DNA of 33,920 bases, from assembly GCA_003135555.1 (NCBI GenBank), contig PLCF01000081.1:1-33920 (forward strand), in the 5' to 3' direction. The position numbers were made by a program, and so were the translations under genes. Shown piece by piece: positions 8,137 to 17,865 of this stretch. The notes under the pieces were generated by a model that saw only the letters and a program-made list of their open reading frames with translations, ran no database searches and had not been told where the DNA came from. Source of the DNA: Vulcanimicrobiota bacterium. GTDB lineage: Bacteria; Vulcanimicrobiota; Vulcanimicrobiia; Vulcanimicrobiales; Vulcanimicrobiaceae. Every line of letters starts with the position of its first letter. Position 1 is the stretch's first letter.

Positions 8137-8155
8137 GAGCCTTGCCCCTTTAATT
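8137..8155. repeat. Junction motif GAGCCTTGCCCCTTTAATT
   Basis: 1 bp from the methyltransferase stop codon. Confidence 0.7.
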
Positions 8156-8156
8156 C

Positions 8157-8975
8157 CTAGATTTCTACAGAGACAACGTGCGCCTGTATCTTGCCGGAGA
8201 CCTGTCCGCTTCCAAATCGCCTGGCAATGGCGCGCTCCGCAATATCGGTCGCCTCGCCGAGACGGGACTTGTCCCGAGCTTCGATCTCATTGCGCAGCGG
8301 TGTTCCCTGGCAGTAAGCCAGTGCGGGAATCCTTGCCGATGCGGCGATACTTTGCACTGCTAGGGTATCTACCAATGGAGTCGTGACGAAGCCACCGTTG
8401 CGCAGATCCCGTTGTATGGTTGCGATATCGTGGTAGCCATGCGGCGTACGCGCCAAAAAACGCGGCGGGTCATCGGGAAAGACCGATTCGAGAGAGGCTA
8501 TAACGACATCGGCAAATTCATTGTCCTCGATCCGGTCCCATACGTTAAATAGCAGCATGCCGCCAGCCTTCATGACCCGGCGGGCTTCCGAATAGGCTTT
8601 GGACTTGTCGGGAAAGAACATCGCCCCGAACTGGCACACCACCGCGTCAAACGATCCATCTTCAAAGGGCAGTTGCATGGCGTCTGCCTGCCGCCATTCG
8701 ACAGGTCGCGCCGTACCCAACTCGGCGGCCAAGTCCAGCATGGGCTGATTCAGGTCAGTGGCGATTATGGAAACATCTTCCGGTAGCACAGATGCCAAGT
8801 GCCGGGTGACCACGCCAGTGCCGGCGGCAATCTCGAGAACCCGTGCAAGCCTTCGCGTAGCCAGACGTTTTGCAATATCTTCAGCGTACGGCTCAAAGAT
8901 CAGAGGAACGATATATTCCTCGTAAAACTTTGCAACTGAACCGTCGAAGACTTTGTCGGATTGGAGGCTGCTCAT
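8157..8975 (-). CDS. Class I SAM-dependent methyltransferase
   Basis: VLEIAAGTG, TDLNQPML, ADAMQLPFEDGSFDAVVCQFG; AAGGAG SD. Confidence 0.92.
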   Translation of the reverse strand: MSSLQSDKVFDGSVAKFYEEYIVPLIFEPYAEDIAKRLATRRLARVLEIAAGTGVVTRHLASVLPEDVSIIATDLNQPMLDLAAELGTARPVEWRQADAMQLPFEDGSFDAVVCQFGAMFFPDKSKAYSEARRVMKAGGMLLFNVWDRIEDNEFADVVIASLESVFPDDPPRFLARTPHGYHDIATIQRDLRNGGFVTTPLVDTLAVQSIAASARIPALAYCQGTPLRNEIEARDKSRLGEATDIAERAIARRFGSGQVSGKIQAHVVSVEI

Positions 8976-9030
8976 TGCGAACTCCTTTCAGATAAAACAA
9001 TTGCGAAGCTGGCTACCTATACATCCTGAC

Positions 9031-9065
9031 ACTATTGCGATGCTGACCCATTAGCTCCATTAGCT
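9031..9065. repeat. Junction motif with 9-bp tandem duplication
   Basis: GATGCTGACCCATTAGCT; CCATTAGCT at 9048-9056 and 9057-9065; 3 bp from the DUF4435 stop. Confidence 0.85.
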
Positions 9066-9068
9066 ACT

Positions 9069-9986
9069 CTACGCAGGCTGGAGGATTGCCGGATAGTCTC
9101 CAATTATTTTTTCTTTTAATGAATTCAAGTCCGCTAGATTCAAGTGAGACAATACACGTAGATATAATTCACGTGTATCCATTGATTCAATATCAACATT
9201 TAAACGCGATTGCACGTATCTAACTAAACACCTAAACATATGCTTGCCGTTCAAGTGATCTGTTAGATTATTTGTGAGTGCCACAGAACCATTTTTTGGG
9301 ACAAACGCATTGTGCAATTGAATGTCCAACTGAACATCATCATCTAGCCAACTAGTCTCTCTCTCATGACAATTTTGCTTCAACATCCTTCTGTAATTTG
9401 CGCACCAATTATCCGTAGGAACTGGGAATTGTTGGTCAGCGCCCTCCAAAAGAGTATCAACTGACATCTTGGTTGTTTCCATTCTTTGAATTCCATACTT
9501 TCGAATAACCAAAAAAAGCCTTGTGACTTTTTCATAGGCATCATGGAGGCGATTCAGAAACAATACTTTGTCACCCATCAAACGATTCGCTCTGTCATTA
9601 GTTAAAGCCAATGGGTTTTCTTCTACACAAATTAATTTCAAAGCGTCAATATTCAGGAAATAGTTTTCAAAACAATGTTTCTCCAAGTAATACAACCCAT
9701 TTATACTCTGCGTAAGTCCAAGTAGATCATCAAAATCCTTGTCCGCAATAAATATGGATATACGGCCTGCAGCCCTAGGCTCTCGAGCCTTAGAAATTAG
9801 TTGAGACTTCCCTCCCAAACAAACGACAGCAAACCTACGGAGATTTGGAATTAACTTTTCAAGCAACCGCTCATAAACAGATTCGTGCGCGTCATCCTCA
9901 AAATAGAAAATAGTAGAAACGCTATCCATTACGAAGAGATCTAATACTCCTCTCGCCGCAAAAGAATATTCAGGAAAGTCCTTCAT
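9069..9986 (-). CDS. DUF4435/TOPRIM-like nuclease (PARIS AriB-like)
   Basis: YFED (TOPRIM Glu), LGGK, IADKDFD (DxD), HCFENY motifs; directly downstream of an ABC ATPase; low GC. Confidence 0.75.
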   Translation of the reverse strand: MKDFPEYSFAARGVLDLFVMDSVSTIFYFEDDAHESVYERLLEKLIPNLRRFAVVCLGGKSQLISKAREPRAAGRISIFIADKDFDDLLGLTQSINGLYYLEKHCFENYFLNIDALKLICVEENPLALTNDRANRLMGDKVLFLNRLHDAYEKVTRLFLVIRKYGIQRMETTKMSVDTLLEGADQQFPVPTDNWCANYRRMLKQNCHERETSWLDDDVQLDIQLHNAFVPKNGSVALTNNLTDHLNGKHMFRCLVRYVQSRLNVDIESMDTRELYLRVLSHLNLADLNSLKEKIIGDYPAILQPA

Positions 9987-10003
9987 AATTGATGGTAGTA
10001 AGC

Positions 10004-11446
10004 TTAATTTTCAGCTTGCGGCAAGTAACTTGGCCTTAATATCTTGCAGTTTTGTTTCGCTTGCCCAGCAATTTCTGGTGAATGAGTTGCCAAAATAATT
10101 TGACAGCTTTCAGGCCGTAATGCGGTGAGCGCGCCTATTAATTCTCTTTGCCACTCTACATGTAGCGAAAGCTCGGGCTCATCAACAACAAATATTGACT
10201 CCTTACCTGCAAGAAATGCTAGGTACGTTAGCACTATAAGTACTTGCCTCTCACCAGATGAAAGTTCTCTGACAGACCTAACTTTCTGAGGGCTAGCAAT
10301 CTCAGCCTCATCAACCACCTCCGTTTGTATCGACTTTGTAATGACAAACCCAAGCTCAAGATTTTCCGGAGAGAATTTAAGAGTTTTGCCACTATCATTC
10401 AAAAAACTTGCAGCAACATCCAGATATCTGCTTATAGGCAAATAAGCCTTAGCTGTTTCTTCTTGTTCACGATCAAATATTCTCAGAAGCTCAGTAATTT
10501 GATGTTCCTTAATACCTATCATTACCTCAACAGTCTCTTCATGCAGTGTTCTTCTACCGGTTTTCTTTTGTTGAGGGCTTTTAGGAAATGCGTGGTCAAG
10601 CAACAATTCAAAGTCACCAAAGAATTTTGTAATTACGCCTGCAACATCTGACGCATTACCTATTAAGGGAGAGCCGGTAACTCGGGTTTTGAGCTCCTGT
10701 AATTTGGTACGCAATTGCCTTTCTGTTGCTGTCCTACCCTTCGGCATGGCAGGTGGTGAAAAATGAAGTTTGATAAATTCACTCGATGCGATTCTCTGAA
10801 TTCGGTCAGCAGCTCTTCGAAATGCAAGTTGATTACGTCGCATAACTTGTATGACGTCCTCAATTGGGTCTTTAGGAGAAGAGGTTGTCTCATACCGCTG
10901 CTGCTTAGGTGAAATTCCACTGTCATAGGAAGTAGTTCCTTCAGCGTCAATTGCCAAAATTGACCTATCTAATCTCACAAATGTGAATTTGATATTCTTT
11001 TTCACATCCGCGATATGTTTTAACCACTCACTTCTTTCTGATAAGACTGCATCTATTCTGCGAACTGTGCTTGGATGTAAGTCTGAATAAGGCCTTCGAT
11101 GCTCCATTTCCATGCCGTAACGTAGCAGCCCTTGGGGTAAATCAAGTGCAATCTCTACCGGCTCCGCGTTATTGATAATCAGGCTAATTTTTTTACTTTC
11201 TAATGTATTAGTAGCTTGAATGCAGACTTTACCTAACGATTTGTCATTAAGGGAGATGGTGGCTTTTGCAAAGTTAGTTTTCCCGATTGCCTCAATATCT
11301 AGACGAATTAAATGCGACATGAGTTCCAATACACTTGTTTTGCCGGAGCCATTTCGGCCAACAATAATGGTCAAGTCTTCGAAAAAGTCCAAATTGGCGT
11401 CAACAAAACCATGTAATCCCTCAACCGAGAAACTATCTATTCGCAT
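10004..11446 (-). CDS. AAA_15/AAA_21 ABC-type ATPase (PARIS AriA-like)
   Basis: Walker A GRNGSGKT, signature LSSGERQ, Walker B VVDEPELSLH, ATHSP. Confidence 0.85.
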   Translation of the reverse strand: MRIDSFSVEGLHGFVDANLDFFEDLTIIVGRNGSGKTSVLELMSHLIRLDIEAIGKTNFAKATISLNDKSLGKVCIQATNTLESKKISLIINNAEPVEIALDLPQGLLRYGMEMEHRRPYSDLHPSTVRRIDAVLSERSEWLKHIADVKKNIKFTFVRLDRSILAIDAEGTTSYDSGISPKQQRYETTSSPKDPIEDVIQVMRRNQLAFRRAADRIQRIASSEFIKLHFSPPAMPKGRTATERQLRTKLQELKTRVTGSPLIGNASDVAGVITKFFGDFELLLDHAFPKSPQQKKTGRRTLHEETVEVMIGIKEHQITELLRIFDREQEETAKAYLPISRYLDVAASFLNDSGKTLKFSPENLELGFVITKSIQTEVVDEAEIASPQKVRSVRELSSGERQVLIVLTYLAFLAGKESIFVVDEPELSLHVEWQRELIGALTALRPESCQIILATHSPEIAGQAKQNCKILRPSYLPQAEN

Positions 11447-11530
11447 TTTTACTCTCCATTACAGTTGTTGCCGCTCTTAATCTAGAATAAATAAATTTCC
11501 AGAATCTTTGTCAGTTCAAACAAATGGCAT

Positions 11531-13195
<1,665 letters not shown>

Positions 13196-13273
13196 CGGGA
13201 CCTGGAATAGCGGCTCGGCCCAGCGTTTCCTGCGCGCTTCGACGGGGCTCACGCCTCAGCGTGACAATGGAAT

Positions 13274-13987
13274 TTATGCCACCCGGCGGCTGAGCTTGCC
13301 TAACGCGCGAGCCAGAAGTTTGGAGACGTGGCTTTGCGACAAGCCGAGGCGTTCGCCCAGTTCGGACTGGGTGAGTCCGGCGCCGTAGGTGCCGATCACG
13401 ATCATGCGCTCGCGCTCCGCGAGCTCGTCGACGGCGAGCGTCAGCGCGATGCGTTCCTCGAGCGCGATGCCGGTCACCGGGTCGGCGAGCAGGTCGATCC
13501 GTTCGGGACCGTCGGGCGAGTCGGGCTCGGGTAGCGGCACGTGCTCGATCCGGCGCAGCCCGCGCAGCTCGGCGACCGTCTCGAGGGTCACGCCGAGGGC
13601 GGCCGCGAGCTCGGCGGTGCTCGGTTCGCGCTGGTGCGTGACGGTGAACGCTTCCCAGGCCCGGGCATACCGCTTTTCGAGCACGAGCAGCACGCGCGGT
13701 GCTCGCACCATGCGCTCGTGATCCCGAACGTAGTGCATGAGCTCGCCGACGATCATGATCCAGGCGTAGGCTTGGAACGGCGTTTGCATCTCGGGCCGGT
13801 AGTTCATCGCCGCCTTGATCAGTCCCAACGCCGCGACCTGCTCGAGGTCGGCGCGGTCGTTGTGTGCCCGTTTGAACTTTCGCGCGCCGCGCACGCACAG
13901 ATGGCGGTGAGCATCGACGACGGCGTTACGCCGTTCGATCGTCCGTTCGGTACAGTAGCGCGCCACGACGGCTTCGCGTGGAGTCAT
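13274..13987 (-). CDS. RNA polymerase sigma factor, SigB/SigF/SigG family
   Basis: DLEQVAALGLIKAA, FQAYAW.MIVGELMHYVRD...VRAPR, region 4 TQSELGERLGLSQSHVSKLL. Confidence 0.9.
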   Translation of the reverse strand: MTPREAVVARYCTERTIERRNAVVDAHRHLCVRGARKFKRAHNDRADLEQVAALGLIKAAMNYRPEMQTPFQAYAWIMIVGELMHYVRDHERMVRAPRVLLVLEKRYARAWEAFTVTHQREPSTAELAAALGVTLETVAELRGLRRIEHVPLPEPDSPDGPERIDLLADPVTGIALEERIALTLAVDELAERERMIVIGTYGAGLTQSELGERLGLSQSHVSKLLARALGKLSRRVA

Positions 13988-15210
13988 TTCGAAACGCTTC
14001 CAATCAATGAATAGAGGGGGATGAACACCGAGAACACGATGAAGCCGACGACGACGCCGAGCATGCCGATGAGCGCCGGCTCGAGGACCGCGCCCAGCGT
14101 CGCGATCGCCGCTTCGACGTCGGTCTCGAAGTACGCCGCGATCTTGAGCAGCATCTCGTCAACCAGCCCGGTCTCTTCGCCGACGCGCACTAGCGCGACG
14201 AGCAACGGGTCGAAGAAGTTCGTCGCGTCCAGCGTCACCGCGAGCGGATCGCCGGCGCGCAGCGACGCGGCCACACCGCCCAGCGCTTCCGCGTAACGCG
14301 CGCTTCCTGCCACCGGGCGCACGACCTCGATCGCGCTGACCAGCTCGATTCCCGAACGCAGCAGCGTCGCGAGCATGCGGGCGATGCGCGCCGTGATTGC
14401 CTTGCGAAGCAGCGGCCCGACGATCGGCAGCCGCAAGCGCACGCCGTCCACCACGACGGCACCGCGCGCCGTCCGCGCCGCTACGATCAGCCCGGTGACG
14501 AGTGCGGCCACGGCGGTTGCGCCCGCGATCCAGGTGCCGGGCGCCTGAAGCGCCGCGCCCGCGGCGAGCAGCAGCTGCGTCGACGCCGGCAAATCGATGT
14601 GAAACGCGTCGAACATCTGCGCGAACATCGGAACGATCCGTGCGATGAGGAACAGGACCAGCACGAGGGCCGCGCTCACGACGATCGCGGGATATGCCAG
14701 GGCGGAGCGGACCTTCTTGCGCAGATCGGCGTCGCGTTCGAGGAAGGCGGCGAGCCGCTCGAGCACGTCATCGAGGATACCGCCGGCCTCGCCGGCGCGC
14801 ACCATTGCGACGTACAGCGGGGCGAACGTGCGCGGGCGACGTGCCAGCGCATCGCTGAGCGCGCTGCCCTGCTCGATCTCGGCCAGGACCGAGCGTAGGG
14901 ATTCGCGCAGCACGGCGTCCGCGGCACGTTCGATGGTCACCTCGAGCGCCCGGCGCATCGGCACGCCCGCCCGAATGAGCGTCGAGAACGACCGAAAGAA
15001 GGCCAGCAGCGATCGGCGCGCCGGCGCCCCCAGGCCCAGCGGGCGGCCCAGCGTCCGTGCCAGCGCGGTCTCGCGGTCGACCGCGGTGGCGTACAGGGCC
15101 CGCGTACGCAGGCGCGACAGGACCGCTTCCACCGAAGCTGCCTCCATCGACCCCTGCACGCGTTCCCCGTCGACGGAGCGTGCCGCGTAGCGGTAGACGC
15201 CGGCGCTCAT
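13984..15210 (-). CDS. pilC: Type IV pilus/T2SS platform protein (PilC/GspF)
   Basis: YVAMVRAGEAGGILDDVLERLA, VRSALAYP, VGEETG, LEPALI. Confidence 0.92.
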   Translation of the reverse strand: MSAGVYRYAARSVDGERVQGSMEAASVEAVLSRLRTRALYATAVDRETALARTLGRPLGLGAPARRSLLAFFRSFSTLIRAGVPMRRALEVTIERAADAVLRESLRSVLAEIEQGSALSDALARRPRTFAPLYVAMVRAGEAGGILDDVLERLAAFLERDADLRKKVRSALAYPAIVVSAALVLVLFLIARIVPMFAQMFDAFHIDLPASTQLLLAAGAALQAPGTWIAGATAVAALVTGLIVAARTARGAVVVDGVRLRLPIVGPLLRKAITARIARMLATLLRSGIELVSAIEVVRPVAGSARYAEALGGVAASLRAGDPLAVTLDATNFFDPLLVALVRVGEETGLVDEMLLKIAAYFETDVEAAIATLGAVLEPALIGMLGVVVGFIVFSVFIPLYSLIGSVSK

Positions 15211-16286
15211 ACCGGCACTCGCTCGAAGGTTCGCACCTCGCTCGGCCGCGTCGTCACCGCTTGGGCATCGACGAGCGAGACCTCGCCGCGCGTCACCAGC
15301 TCGCTGAGATGACCCTCAAGCGTTTGCATGCCCGCCGCGCGGCCGGTGACGATCGTATTGCGCAACTGGTGCGTCTTGCCCTCGCGGATCAGTGCGCGCA
15401 CGGCATCCGTACCGACCATGATCTCGGCGGCCGCGCGGCGCCCGGGTTCGCCGCGGCGCGGCAGCAGCCGGAGCGCGACGATCGCGACGAGCACCGAGGC
15501 GAGCTGCGAGCGCACCTGAACGTGCGCGTCGGCCGGAAAAGCGTCGACGATGCGGTCCACCGTCTGGGCCGCGTCGTTGGTGTGGAGCGTCGCGAGCACG
15601 AGATGCCCGGTCTCGGCGGCCGTCAGCGCCGCGCCCATCGTTGCTCGGTCGCGCATCTCGCCGACGAGGATGACGTCGGGGTCCGCGCGCAAGAAGCCGC
15701 GTAGCGCCTCCGCATAGTCCGCCACGTCGCGACCGATCTCGCAATGCGTTACCAGCGAACGGGCCGGGGCGTGCACGTACTCGACGGGATCCTCGACGGT
15801 GACCACGTTGCGTTCGCTGCAGCGGTTGATCCGGTCGACGAGCGCCGCCAGCGCGGTCGTCTTCCCGCTCCCGGTCGGACCCGTGAAGAGGACCAGGCCG
15901 GCCGGGCGCTGAGCGAACACCTCGAGACTGCTTGGCAAAGCCAACTCGTCAAGGGTGGGGACGCGCTCGGCGAGCAACCTGATCGCGACGCGAATGCCGC
16001 CGCCGTGGCGATACGCGTGCACGCGATAGGGCGCGCCCTCGGCGTTGCGCTCGGCGGTACCATCGGCAGCCCCGCGCGCGTCGAGCCGTGCGGTCTGCTC
16101 GGCGCCCAGGACGCGCGCGAGAAACGCGCGTACGGCCAAAGGGTCGGGCGGAGGTACGTCGAGCGCTGCAAGGCGGCCGTCGATCCGCAGTGCCGGGCGA
16201 TCCGCGCCGCCGAAATGGAGGTCCGTCGCGCCGCGCCCGCGAGCGCACCGGACGAGGTCGTCGATCCGAACGGCGTCGAGGTTCAT
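15207..16286 (-). CDS. pilT: Type IV pilus retraction ATPase PilT
   Basis: GPTGSGKTT, TVEDPVEY, DPDVILVGEMRD, AAETGHLVLATLHTN, AVRALIRE (AIRNLIRE-like), GMQT. Confidence 0.92.
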   Translation of the reverse strand: MNLDAVRIDDLVRCARGRGATDLHFGGADRPALRIDGRLAALDVPPPDPLAVRAFLARVLGAEQTARLDARGAADGTAERNAEGAPYRVHAYRHGGGIRVAIRLLAERVPTLDELALPSSLEVFAQRPAGLVLFTGPTGSGKTTALAALVDRINRCSERNVVTVEDPVEYVHAPARSLVTHCEIGRDVADYAEALRGFLRADPDVILVGEMRDRATMGAALTAAETGHLVLATLHTNDAAQTVDRIVDAFPADAHVQVRSQLASVLVAIVALRLLPRRGEPGRRAAAEIMVGTDAVRALIREGKTHQLRNTIVTGRAAGMQTLEGHLSELVTRGEVSLVDAQAVTTRPSEVRTFERVPV

Positions 16287-17713
16287 CGCTCGGGCGTCCA
16301 GGCGACCGTTCGGGTCAACTCGTCGAACGACGTCACCCCAGCGAGGACCTTGTCGACGGCGTCGTAGCGCATCGGACGGTAGACGCCACGTGTCGCGTGC
16401 TGCGCGACGTTCACGCTCGACGCACCGGTCGCGATCATGTCGCGCGCCGCATCGTCGATTTCCATGATCTCATAGACCCCGGTGCGGCCGAGGTATCCGG
16501 TCCCCGCGCACGCGCCACAGCCGACGGCCGCGAACCACTCGTCCTGCGCGGTCCGCAGGGCCTCGCGCAGCCGCCCGGGGATGTGCGTGCGAACGCGGCA
16601 CTGCTCGCACAAAGCTCGCACGAGCCGCTGCGAAACGACCGCGGTGAGCGCGGCCGCGAGGGAGTGGCGCGCGACGCCGAGCTCGACGAGCCGGTCGATG
16701 GTGCGGGGCGCGTCGTTGGCGTGCAGCGTCGCGAACACGGTTTGTCCGGCCAGCGCCGCGGACACGGCAACCGCCGCGGTCTCTCCATCGCGCAGTTCGC
16801 CGACCATGACGACGTTGGGGTCCTGGCGCATGAATGCGCGCAACACCAGCGGGAAGGTCAAACCGGCGCGCGGGTTCACCTGTACCTGCGAGACGCCGCT
16901 CAATCGCATCTCGACCGGATCCTCGACCGAGCACACGTTGCGCGAGCGCGCGTCGAGCTCGGCGACCGAGGCGTAGAGGGTCGTGGTCTTGCCGCTTCCC
17001 GTCGGGCCCGAAACCAACGTGAAGCCCCACGGCGCGTGGACGGCGGCACGATAGCGTTCCAGGACCGGCGCCGGCATCCCCAGCGTGTTCAGACTCGGCG
17101 TTGCGCCGTACCGGTCGAGCAGGCGGATCACGAGCTTCTCACCGTCGAGCGTCGGCACCGACGCGACGCGCGCGTCGATCTCGCGCCCTTCGAACGGAAT
17201 GCCGCAACGCCCGTCCTGGGGTTGACGGCGATCGGCGATGTCCATCCCAGCGAGCAGCTTCACGCGCGAAGCGAAGGCTGCGAAGAGCTCGGCCGGGATG
17301 GGCTCGAGGTCGCGCAAGATGCCATCGACGCGCAGCCGCACCCGCCCGCCTCCGCCCGGGCTTGGCTCGATGTGGATGTCGCTTGCATGCGCAGCGACGG
17401 CGCGGGCAAAGGTTAGGTCGACCGCGCGAACCGCGGGCTGATCGCCGTTCCGATCCGCGGCATCGCGCGCTGCCGGTGCTCCGCCGTACGCGACGCGGAG
17501 GTTCTGCCGGATCGCCTCGCGCCCCATGGGGAGCGGACGGACCCGCATGTGTGTTGCGGCGCAGACGGTGTCGATCACCGTCGCGTCGCTAGGATCGCTC
17601 AGCGCCACCGCCAGGACACCGTCGGCGATGCTCAGCGGCAAGACGTCGTAGCGGAACGCGATGGCGCGCGGCACGCGCGCGATCGCTTCGGGATTGGGAG
17701 CAAAGGTCGCCAT
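16283..17713 (-). CDS. pilB: Type IV pilus assembly ATPase PilB/GspE
   Basis: ASDIHIEP, MDIADRRQPQDG, GPTGSGKTTTLY, RQDPNVVMVGELRD, CEQC...CGAC zinc motif, GRTGVYE. Confidence 0.9.
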   Translation of the reverse strand: MATFAPNPEAIARVPRAIAFRYDVLPLSIADGVLAVALSDPSDATVIDTVCAATHMRVRPLPMGREAIRQNLRVAYGGAPAARDAADRNGDQPAVRAVDLTFARAVAAHASDIHIEPSPGGGGRVRLRVDGILRDLEPIPAELFAAFASRVKLLAGMDIADRRQPQDGRCGIPFEGREIDARVASVPTLDGEKLVIRLLDRYGATPSLNTLGMPAPVLERYRAAVHAPWGFTLVSGPTGSGKTTTLYASVAELDARSRNVCSVEDPVEMRLSGVSQVQVNPRAGLTFPLVLRAFMRQDPNVVMVGELRDGETAAVAVSAALAGQTVFATLHANDAPRTIDRLVELGVARHSLAAALTAVVSQRLVRALCEQCRVRTHIPGRLREALRTAQDEWFAAVGCGACAGTGYLGRTGVYEIMEIDDAARDMIATGASSVNVAQHATRGVYRPMRYDAVDKVLAGVTSFDELTRTVAWTPER

Positions 17714-17758
17714 GCGTGACGGATCGCCAAATCCGACGCCGAAAAAGAGGCAATATTT

Positions 17759-17792
17759 CGGGAGCTAGCTTAAACTTTCTTAAGGGCTCCCG
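17759..17792. promoter_or_regulatory. Stem-loop/palindrome upstream of pilB
   Basis: CGGGAGC...CTTAAA-CTTT-CTTAAG...GCTCCCG, an AT-rich island in GC-rich DNA. Confidence 0.4.
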
Positions 17793-17865
17793 TTACGGCC
17801 GCGGTTGCCGACGCACGACCCGCAGCGTGCTGCAAAACACTGCTGTCACTGCGTCGTGCGCGCGT

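Noticed and set aside
3171..11446. Functional link between KTSC (named from Lys-tRNA synthetase C-terminus) and a tRNA-cleaving PARIS effector
   Set aside because: The genes lie in separate blocks over 4 kb apart; the link rests only on the domain name.
1751..11530. Classical integron cassette array
   Set aside because: No intI gene and no convincing RYYYAAC...GTTRRRY attC palindromes at the junctions; the shared motif is different.
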